From positions 11,981-75,980 of the forward strand of contig JADJMS010000015.1 of assembly GCA_016709495.1 (NCBI GenBank): 64,000 nucleotides of DNA, given 5' to 3'. The stretch comes from Candidatus Dechloromonas phosphorivorans (GTDB lineage: Bacteria > Pseudomonadota > Gammaproteobacteria > Burkholderiales > Rhodocyclaceae). Every line of letters begins with the position of its first letter. Positions within the stretch are counted from its first letter, which is position 1. This document shows positions 41,171 to 50,594 of the stretch, piece after piece. The translations under genes and the position numbers were made by a program. The notes under the pieces were generated by a model that saw only the letters and a program-made list of their open reading frames with translations, searched no databases and was not told the DNA's origin.

Positions 41171-44100
41171 ATGGAATCTGCCGACAACGATCTGCCCATA
41201 CGCCAACGCCTGCAACACTGGGTCGAGCACTTGACGCATGTCTTGCCGGCTCAGGCGCCGATCCGCGATTTCGTGCATCACAACACCCTGCATGGCTTTC
41301 AGCACTTGCCTTTCCCGGAAGCGCTGGCGGCGGTTCACCGTCTGACTGGTGCGGCGACTTACTGGCCGGAGGCACGCTTTCAGGCGGCCTATGCGGCGGG
41401 GCGAATTTCGCCGGCGGATTTGCGCGAGGCTTTTGCCGATTCAGCCATTGAAGGGCTTGATGCGCCCGTCCTGCGTGCTTTAACGCGGCGTGATGTACTG
41501 CTCGCCAGTCTGCTGATGCCGACCGCGCAGGGCGAGCGGCGACTGGACTGGAATGAGCGCGAAGGGCTATTGGCTCGCGATAAAATTTTTGGCCGTTGTC
41601 GCGAGTTGACCGCAACAGATGAGGTTCCTGCCGGAATCTGGCAGGAAAGCGCCATGCAGAACTGGATTGCGCTCTGTGCCCGGGTGGGAAATGAATGGAC
41701 GCTGCGCAGCCTGCTCGAACATCTGACTGGCGAGGATGTGCTGGAACGGGTGCGTACTATTTTGCAGCGCCACATGGCAGCGCATCTGGATTTGGGTGTC
41801 GCGGCCTGGCGCAATCCGGCGCAGGCAGAGGGTTTTTTTGCTGCATGGCGAGCCAGTGCCGGTCTCGATGTGGCGTGGGAACTTGATGAGTTGCCCGGCA
41901 TTCATGACGAAATAGCCTATCTGCCGGCTGATCCGGTTGATGTGCTGGTCGATGAGTTGGCGCGGCTGATTCCGGATGAAGATTTGTGGCCGGGATATCT
42001 CGAGCGTCTGGCGCTTGAACTGCCGGGCTGGTCCGGTATGTTCCTTTGGCGCGACCAAAATCCGGCACGCGGCGATGGTACGCCAGTGGATATGCTCGAC
42101 TATCTTGCCGTGCGAGTTCTGCTCGAACGTCTGTTGTGCGAAGACCTGACCCGTCGCCTGACGGGCGCCGCAATGGAGTTCGATGAACTGCGCGGCTATT
42201 TCGCTGCCAATTTGGCCGAATTCCATGTCCGCGATGCCTTGCAGGGCGTGCCGTTGAGCGAAGACCTGCAGCACCGCGCCACCCATTTGCTGGCCTCGGG
42301 TGAGGGTATTCTGGCAGTCGACGACGATTGGCAGTTGCTGGCAGAAGAAATCTGGCAGCAACAGTGCGTGTCCGACTCACGGCAGCGCGCTGTTGCGCTT
42401 TACGAATTGCTGCGCGGCCTGGAATTTACCGCGGGCGATGCCGCCACCTTGACGGCTGAAGATGCGCAAAGCCTGCTGGAAATCGCCGCCAGCCTTGATC
42501 CTCTGGCCCGTGGGCAACTCTGGTTGCAGGCTTACGAACGCCATTATCGCGAAGAATTGTTCAGCGCCCTGACCGCCAATCATGGTCGCCATCCAGCACC
42601 CGGTTCGGTATCGGCGCAGGTCATCATGTGCATGGATGATCGCGAAGAAGGCACCCGTCGCCATCTGGAAGAAATCGCGCCGACGGTTGTCACTTACGGT
42701 GCGGCGGGATTTTTTGGCATCGCGATGTACTGGCAGGGACTGGATGATCCGACGCGAAGCGCGCTCTGTCCGATTGTCGTGCGCCCTGAACACCTCGTGC
42801 GCGAGCAGGCGTGCGATGCCGAGCTCGGCGAACAGCACGCGCAACGTCACGAAAACCGCTTGCTGTGGCGCGAGCGCCTTTATCAGGGAACCCGCAATGG
42901 CGTTCTGGCAGCCCCCGTGCTGACTGCACTGGCCGCACCCACCGCTTTGCTGGCACTGCTCTCCAATACCCTGGCTCCGGCCTGGATAGCAGATGCCGTA
43001 AGGCGTTGGCGAAGTCAGTATGAACGTCCGGTCACCACCCGTTTGCAACTGACCGCCGAAGCCGCTGCCGCCCCAGCCAGCGCCGATATGCCGCGCGATG
43101 GGTTTGACGACAAGGAGCAAGTCGAGCGCGTTGAGAACTTTCTGCGCAGCATTGGTCTGACGCAAAATTTCGCCCCGTTGATTCTCTTCTTTGGCCACGG
43201 CTCAGGCAGTCGCAATAACCCGCATCTCTCAGCCTACGACTGCGGTGCCTGCTCAGGTAAGCACGGCGGGCCGAACGCACGTGTTTTCGCAGCGATGGCC
43301 AATCGCCCGGCAGTGCGGGCCGGTCTGCTGGCGCGCGGGCTGGAAATTCCCAGCGGCGTGCTGGTTCATTGCCGCCGAGCACAATACTGGTGATGACAGC
43401 GTCGAGTGGTGTGACCTCGACGTTGTCCCGCCTGAGGTGGAAACGGCGCTCGATACGCTGGTCGGGCAGCTGGCCGGTGCGTGTCGTGCCGATGCTGCCG
43501 AGCGCTGTCGCCGCCTTGCTTGAGCACCGCCAGGCGCCTTCACCGTGGCAAGGGTTTGAGCACGTTCGTGGACGTGCCAACGACATTTCGCAGGCGCGGC
43601 CAGAACTCGGCCATGCAACCAATGCGGCGGCCTTTGTCGGGCGGCGGGAAATGAGTCGCGGTTTATTTCTTGATCGCCGGGTTTTCCTGATTTCCTACGA
43701 TCCGCTGGCTGATTTGAGCGGACAGATTGTCGAAAGCATACTGCTGGCGGTTGGCCCGGTTGGCGCCGGCATCGCCCTCGAATACTATTTTTCGACGGTC
43801 GATAACGAGCGCTTCGGCTGCGGCTCGAAGATCACCCACAACATCACCGGCCTGTTTGGCGTCATGGAGGGGGCGGATTCCGATCTGCGCACCGGCCTGC
43901 CCTGGCAGATGGTTGAAATTCACGAGCCGATGCGCCTGCTGGTTGTTGTCGAGCAGACACCGGCGGTGCTCACTGAAATCCTCGCGCGCCAGCCGGCTTT
44001 GCAAGAGCTGATCGGTAATGCCTGGATAATTTTGGCGGCAAAAGACCCGTTGACCGCAACAATTCAACAATATTGCCCGCGCCGGGGCTGGTTGCCGTGG

Positions 44101-44199
44101 ACTGGCCGTTCGGTGTTGCCGCAGGTGGCGCGTTCGCGTGACTGGTTTGCCGGCAGCAGTGAGCCACTGGCGCCGGCCATGTTGTTGGGGGCGGCATGA
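41171..44199 (+). CDS. dabA: DUF2309/UPF0753 protein (DabA / YbcC / MpsB family), ~1009 codons, with two frameshifts (~43360 and ~43518)
   Basis: N-terminal APIRDFVHHNTLHGFQHLPFPEA. CMDDRE (Cys487/Asp489). FFGHGSGSRNNPHLSAYDCGACSGKHGGPNARV (His676, Cys691). C-terminal ALEYYFSTVDNERFGCGSKITHNITGLFGVMEGADSDLRTGLPWQ. The three frames join cleanly. Confidence 0.88.
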
Positions 44200-45727
44200 T
44201 GGTAGATATGCTGCGCCATCTTCCCGACTGGGTTTGGCTGGTGCCGGGCTTGCCCCTGCTGGCGCTGAGCATCACCGGCTTGCGGGTACTGCTGGGCCGG
44301 GCGACGGGTGATGCCGCCGAACCGCTGACCGCGCGGCTTGCTTCGCTGGCTGCATTTGGCGGCCTGTTGCTTTTGCTGGCGCTGGATCTGCTGGCCGTGC
44401 TGGACGAAGTGCCTGGGCATCGCGTTGTCGCCTACTGGTTTTCCGGCAGCAATTGGCAGGGCAGTTTTTCCTATTTGATGGATGAGCTCTCGCTCAGTCT
44501 GGCCACCTTGGTCGCCTTGATCGGCTGGCTGGTAATGCGCTTTTCGGCCAATTACCTGCACCGCGAGGCGGGCTTTCATCGCTTCTTCATCATTCTGTCT
44601 TTCTTCCTGGCCGGCATCCAGCTTGTGTTGCTCGCCGGCAATGGTTTGCTCGCCTTCGTTGGTTGGGAAATGTGCGGCATGTCATCCTTCCTGCTCATTG
44701 GCTACGCCTGGCAACGACCGGTGGCAACCGGCAATGCCCTCTTTGCCTTTGTCACCAATCGCGGGGGCGATGCCGGTTTTCTCCTCGCTTTGGGGCTGGC
44801 AGCGAACTGGTTGGGCAGTTTTGATTGGCAGGCGATCAATCAATCAGGCGTGTTGACCCTGGTCAACGCTCGTTTGCTGGTGCTCGGCTTTGTCATTGCC
44901 GCGCTGGCCAAATCGGCGCAACTGCCGTTCACGCCGTGGATCAGTCGCGCGCTGGAGGGGCCAACGCCGTCATCGGCGATTTTTTACGGCGCAGTCATGG
45001 TCCATGCCGGTGTGTATTTATTGCTGCGTCTGTCGCCCTTGCTTGCCCAGGTGCCGGACGTCATGCTGGGTCTGGTGGCGGTTGGCTTGATGACCGCAAT
45101 CTATGCCTGGCTGTGCGGTTTGGTGCAGACCGATGTCAAATCGGCGCTGATTTTCGCCACGGTTTTTCAGGTGTCCTTGATGATCGTTGCCATCGGCCTG
45201 GGCTGGACGACACTGGCTACCGTGCATCTTGGTCTGCATGCCGCCTGGCGGGCCTGGCAGTTTTTGCTGGCGCCCTCCTGGCTGAGCTTGACCCGTGGTC
45301 GTCCGGCTCCGGCGCCAGCCTGGTTGCGCCAACGCCAGTGGCTCTATACCGCCGCGCGCTGCAACGTTTCTGGCTCGACAAGATAGCGGCCGATTTGCTG
45401 GTCAAACCCACCATGTCGTTTGCCCAGGATGCCCGTGGTTTGGAAGAAAACTTTATTGACCGCCTGCTCGGCGATCCCGGACGCGGCAAACCGGTGCATG
45501 TCGAGCGTCCGCTGGTCATGGCGGATGGTCTGCCCGGTCGAGCGCTGGCCAGCGTGTCGGAAATTCTGGAGCGGCTGGAAAATCGTCTGCTGCTGCGCGG
45601 TCGGGGCGGGTCGGCGGAGCAATTATTGCAGCGGTTGGGCAATTACCTGCGGATTGTTGAAAACCTGCTCGAACAGCCGCGCTATTTGATGATGGCGGTG
45701 ATGGCGACTTTTGTGGTGATCCTCTAA
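44196..45727 (+). CDS. dabB: NuoL/NdhF-like antiporter subunit (DabB-like, PF00361), frameshift ~45348
   Basis: FVGWEMCGMSSFLLIGYAW, NRGGDAGFLLALG and AKSAQLPFTPWISRALEGPTPSSA are NuoL motifs. ATGA overlap with dabA. A long amphipathic C-terminal segment precedes a final TM. Confidence 0.85.
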
Positions 45728-47227
45728 TGGGCGGTTTGTCAGAAATTTTCTGGAACGAACAGACGGGTCTGCCGCTGTTGCTGATGCTGCAATTGCTCCC
45801 CTTGCTGGGTGCTTTGCTCGTTCTGGCCCTGGGCGAGCGTTTGAGCGCCGTGCTGGTCGGCAAAGTCTTTGCGCTGGCTGAATTGTTGCTCGGCATCGTC
45901 GCCGTCAGTCGAATCAACCCAACTTTGCCTGCCCTGCAACTGGCCGAACGTTTTGAGCCGTTGGCCTATCATGTTGCGGTCGACGGCCTGAGTATGGTCT
46001 TTTTATTGCTCACCGCCTTGCTCACCTTTTTGATGACCCTGTACGGCATGAGCCGCGGCATGATCTCTCCGGGCCGGCTGTTCGCCGTGCTACTGCTCGC
46101 TGAAGCCGGGCTGGTCGGCATGCTGGTCACAGTCAATGTCGCCTGGTTTGCCGCGTTTTTCGGCGCTCGAATTATGGGCGGTGACTTTTCTGCTTAGGCG
46201 CTGGGCTTCTTCACGCGCCGAAATTCAGGCCTTGGCCCGTTTCGTTCAATATCAGGCTTTCGGCTGGGTGCTCTTTGCCGCTGGCTGCCTGGTGCTGGGC
46301 TGGGGCCATGCCGATGCCACCGGCGGTTTCTGGAGCTTTGATCTCTTTGATCTTGCCGAGCACCTGACCTCTGGCAAATACCAGACGGCAGCTTTCTACC
46401 TTCTGTTCTACGGCCTGGCCGTTCGCACCCCGCTTTTCCCGCTACATGGCTGGTTGCCGAACATGGCGCAACATGGACTGATTGCGGTGGCGCCGGCGCT
46501 GATGGTCGGCGTCAAGGTCGGTATTTACGGCATGCTGCGCTTTGTCCTGCCGCTGACGCCGGATGCCGTTCAATACTGGCAGCCCTACGTCGTCGGCTTC
46601 GCCATGGCCGGCGTTTTCTTCACCGCAGCGCTCGCCTTCCAGCAAACCAACCTGCGCCGTCTGCTCGCTTTTGCCGTGGTCAGCCACACCAGCCTGCTGG
46701 TCATTGGTGTTTTCAGCCTGCACGAATCGGGCATTCAGGGGGCGGTTCTGCTCGCCGCCAACTTCGGACTGGCGGTGACCGGCATGTGGTTCATCGTCGG
46801 TTTCGTCTTCCGCCGCACCGGTACGACAGAGTTGAACGAACTCTCCGGCCTCTTCGAGCGTATCCCTTTTCTCGCCATTGCCTTCCTCAGCTTTGGTCTG
46901 GCCATCGTCGGCATGCCCGGTACGCCGGGTTTCGATGCTGCTCACCTGATTCTCGAAGGCTCTATCGACAGTTTTGGTGCCTTGCCGACGGTTGCGACGG
47001 CGCTCGGTAACGTCGCTGCCGCCGGTTTTCTGCTCTGGGCTTTTCAGCGCGCCTTTCTCAGTCAGGCACGGCAGGGCGGCCATGATGTCGATAAAACGCT
47101 GCCGATGGAATATGTCGTCTGCGGCATTGCCCTGGCCGCCATGCTGGCCATCGGCTTCTTCACCGAGCCCTGGCTCTATCTGACAGAAACGGCCAGTCAG
47201 GCGATGGCGGCGAGGTTTCATCGATGA
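45727..47227 (+). CDS. Divergent NuoM/NuoN-like antiporter subunit (PF00361), frameshift in the T-run 46156-46160
   Basis: Has VDGLSMVFLLLTALL and LAVRTPLFPLHGWLPNMAQHGLIAV, where the Lys position is Arg and AHxEAP is degenerate. TAATG overlap upstream and ATGA overlap downstream. Confidence 0.8.
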
Positions 47228-48679
47228 GCATCCCGCTGCTTACACTGATGATCTTCACGCCGCTGGCCGGCGCAGCACTGCTCTGGTTGATGCCGGTCCG
47301 GCTTTCCCGCTACGTGACTGCTGCGGCCATGCTGCTCACCTTGTCAGCCGCCTCGGCGGTGATCGTAGCTTATGACCCGGCTGGTACGCTTCCAGCTGCT
47401 GGAACGGGTATCGTGGATTGCCAGTCTCAATGTGCAGTATCTTGTTGCGGTCGACGGCCTTTCAGTGCTCTTTTTGCCGGCTACCGCGCTACTTTTTCTC
47501 GGTTCGCTGGTCGCCAGCTGGAACGCTGTCGCCGATGCGCCGCGCTTTCATTACAGCCTGCTCCTCTTGTTCATGACCTGCACGCTGGGGATTTTCTGCG
47601 CCCTCGACAGCATCCTCTTTTTCTTTTTCTGGGAACTGACGCTAATCCCCCTCTACTTCCTGCTTGGGCGCTGGGGTGTAGTCAGCGGTTGTCAGCGCGT
47701 CGCGGCGCGTTACGTCCTGATCATGCTCAGTGCTGGTCTGCCCTTACTGGTTGCTTTCGTGATTCTGGCGGCCAGCCAGCCGGTGCCGACATTCGATGTG
47801 ATTGTCTTGCTCGCAGCGCCTTTGCCGCGCAGTACACAGAGCGCTGTCTTTCTGTTGTGTTTGATCGGTTTTGCCGTCAAAGTGCCGCTGGTGCCCTTGC
47901 ATACTTGGTTGCCGCAGTTTGCGCTGGCAGCGCCAGGCTCGCTGACGGCGCTGTTGGTGGGACTGAAACTGGGCGCCTACGGCCTGATCCGCTTTGCCAT
48001 TCCACTAGCGCCGGATGCAGCGCTTGATCTGCACTGGCTGCTCGCCGGCCTCGGTACGCTGACCCTGATTTACGGTGCCGTCAGCATGCTCGCCCAAAGC
48101 AATCTGCGCGTTGCGCTGGCCTACGCCAGCATCTGCCACGTTGGCCTCGCCGTGCTCGGTCTGGCGGCCTTTACGGCGCAAGCGGTACAGGGCGCGGTAG
48201 CCTTGTTGCTCAGTTTCGCGGTGGCCACCGGTGGCGCTTTGCTGCTGCTCGAATTTCTCCGCCAACGCACTGGGTCGACCGATGTGCACAGTCTTGGTGG
48301 TGCGGCCAAAACCATGCCACTACTGGCCAGCGGCCTGTTCGTCTGTGGCATGGCCGGGGTGGGCATGCCGGGAACCAGCAGTTTCCCCGGCGAGTTCCTG
48401 CTTATTCTGGCCGCCCTGCAAAGCCATACCGGTGCCGGCATGGCTGCCTTGTTCGGCCTTTCCATTGCTGCCGGCGGCTTCCTCTCGCTCTACCGCAAGG
48501 CTTTTTTTGGGCCAGTAGTCCACCGTGAAGTGGCTGATGCCCGCGATCTGCGGCCACGTGAATGGGCGGTGCTGATTATCGTCATTGCGCTGGTCGCCAG
48601 TATTGGTCTCTATCCGATTCCCTGGCTGGAAATCGTTCGTCCCTCCGCCGAAGCCTGGGCCGCCGGGCTGGTGCGCTAA
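47224..48679 (+). CDS. NuoM/NuoN-like antiporter subunit (PF00361), frameshift ~47385
   Basis: Has VDGLSVLFLPATALL, FFFWELTLIPLYFLLGRWG and GFAVKVPLVPLHTWLPQFALAAPGS. Confidence 0.8.
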
Positions 48680-48694
48680 GCTACTCAGGAATTC

Positions 48695-49219
48695 ATGTCG
48701 AAACTATTTGAGCTGCACCGTGCCATTGATGCGCGCGTCGACAACATCCGTGACAATCGTCCCGACTGGCTTTGCGGTAAAGGTTGCGACAATTGTTGCC
48801 GACGACTCGCGGAGGTGCCGCAACTGACGGCAGCGGAATGGGACTTGCTGCGCCGAGGGTTGGGCACTTTGCCCGCCGATCGCCTGCATGAAATCAGTCG
48901 CGACATGGCGGCGCTAAGCAGCCAAAGCGCGCGGCCGCTTGTTTGCCCCCTGCTTGAAGAGTCCTCCGGCGCCTGTCCGGTTTATCTCCAACGGCCCATT
49001 GCCTGCCGTACCTACGGTTTTTACGCCCAGCGCGAGCTGGGGCTTTATTGTCACGAGATCGAAACCCAGGTAAGCAATGGTGTTCTAGCGGATGTTGTCT
49101 GGGGTAATCACGATGCAATCGATCAGCAGCTCAAAGTTCTGGGTGAAAGCAAGCCGCTGACCGAGTGGTTTTTATCCTGGGAACACAACGAACAAATACA
49201 AAAGGCAAAGCAGCAATGA
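48695..49219 (+). CDS. YkgJ-family CxxCxxCC zinc/iron-chelating domain protein
   Basis: Has WLCGKGCDNCCRRL plus the later CPLL...CPVY...CRTYG motifs. Starts 15 nt after the last antiporter-like gene. Confidence 0.7.
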   Translation: MSKLFELHRAIDARVDNIRDNRPDWLCGKGCDNCCRRLAEVPQLTAAEWDLLRRGLGTLPADRLHEISRDMAALSSQSARPLVCPLLEESSGACPVYLQRPIACRTYGFYAQRELGLYCHEIETQVSNGVLADVVWGNHDAIDQQLKVLGESKPLTEWFLSWEHNEQIQKAKQQ

Positions 49220-50238
49220 CATTTACCCGCAAACCCGATGTTTGCCAGACCACTGGTTCAGCCGAGCTGGCGATGCTGGATGTCTATATGCCAATGATGA
49301 AATCGGCAGCAATCATTTCTGCCGGGCAGTTAGGGCTGTTCGAGGCGCTGGCCAACGGGCCGCTGGCACTTAATGCGCTGGCCGAGAAAATTCAGTCCAG
49401 TGCGCAAGGAACCGTTGCACTGGCTGATTTCTTGGTGACGTTGGGCTATCTGGAAAAACAGGGCGAGTCATTCACCAACACACCCAGCACGCAACGCTGG
49501 TTTACCAGTCAGGGTCAGATCGATTACACGCCCGGCCTGCTGTGGACGAAGGAAGCCTGGCCGATGATGGGCGCGCTGGGTGAGGCGGTGCGCAGTGGCA
49601 AGCCGGAGAAAACATTGTGGCAGGCGATGGTCGAGAAACCGCAACTCGGTCATCTGTTCGCTTCGTACATGGCCGCTTTCGCGCAGGATTTAGGCCCAGA
49701 TCTGATCAAGCATGTGCCGGTTGCCCCTGAGCAAACCCGCCTGCTCGATCTCGGCGGCTCGCACGGCCTGCACTCAATTCGGTTCTGCCAGCACTATCCG
49801 CAGCTCAGCGCGCAAATTGTCGATCTGCCCAGCGCTTTGATGCAAACCCCGGCCAGCATTGCCCAGGCGCAATTGTCAGACCGTATCACCTTGAGTCCGG
49901 GCGATTTGCTCGAACATGACTGGGGCCGCGAGCATGATCTGGTCTTCTATCTCTCGGTCGCGCATAACCATACGGCGGCAGACAATCGCCGGGTGATTCA
50001 GCGCATTGCTGAATCACTGAGGCCCGGCGGCTTGCTGGTCATCCATGAATATCTGGCCGAACGACCGCTCAATGCGCTGCAGGCAGCCTTCCGCCTGACT
50101 TTGCTCTTTGAAACAGGGACGCAGACCCATGCGCCGGAAGATTACGCCGAGTGGCTAAGCGCCGCCGGATTTACCTCGATGACGCGCATCGATCTTGATC
50201 CGCTTGAAAAGGGTTCGCTGATCCTGGCGCGGCGCTAG
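49216..50238 (+). CDS. Class I SAM-dependent O-methyltransferase (Methyltransf_2-like)
   Basis: ATGA overlap with the upstream gene. RLLDLGGSHG is the SAM-binding motif I, and there is an N-terminal dimerisation-like domain. Confidence 0.75.
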   Translation: MTFTRKPDVCQTTGSAELAMLDVYMPMMKSAAIISAGQLGLFEALANGPLALNALAEKIQSSAQGTVALADFLVTLGYLEKQGESFTNTPSTQRWFTSQGQIDYTPGLLWTKEAWPMMGALGEAVRSGKPEKTLWQAMVEKPQLGHLFASYMAAFAQDLGPDLIKHVPVAPEQTRLLDLGGSHGLHSIRFCQHYPQLSAQIVDLPSALMQTPASIAQAQLSDRITLSPGDLLEHDWGREHDLVFYLSVAHNHTAADNRRVIQRIAESLRPGGLLVIHEYLAERPLNALQAAFRLTLLFETGTQTHAPEDYAEWLSAAGFTSMTRIDLDPLEKGSLILARR

Positions 50239-50240
50239 TC

Positions 50241-50582
50241 TCACAGTTTCTTGACGAATTCCGACTTCAACTGCATGGCGCCAATGCCGTCAATTTTGCA
50301 GTCGATGTCATGGTCACCGTCGATCAGGCGGATGTTCTTGACCTTGGTGCCAACCTTGACGACGGATGAAGAGCCCTTGATCTTGAGATCCTTGATCACC
50401 GTCACGCTGTCGCCATCCTGCAGCACGTTGCCGTTGGAATCTTTCCAGACGCGCGCTTGTTCGACATTTTCGGCCGCGCCATCCTTGCTCCATTCATGAG
50501 CACATTCCGGGCAAACGTACATATCGCCTTGCTCGTAGGTGTATTCCGATTTGCAGGCCGGGCAGTTGGGTAAAGCACTCAT
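50241..50582 (-). CDS. phnA: PhnA/YjdM zinc-ribbon protein
   Basis: [31 protein letters not shown]...[25 protein letters not shown] is highly characteristic. Confidence 0.92.
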   Translation of the reverse strand: MSALPNCPACKSEYTYEQGDMYVCPECAHEWSKDGAAENVEQARVWKDSNGNVLQDGDSVTVIKDLKIKGSSSVVKVGTKVKNIRLIDGDHDIDCKIDGIGAMQLKSEFVKKL

Positions 50583-50594
50583 GGGGTTTCCTTT

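Noticed and set aside
41567-42380. 264-aa and 207-aa ORFs antisense to dabA, with similar antisense ORFs across the antiporter genes (for example 46442..47221)
   Set aside because: They are shadow ORFs of GC-rich coding sequence. They have Arg- and Pro-rich products with no motifs or ribosome-binding sites.
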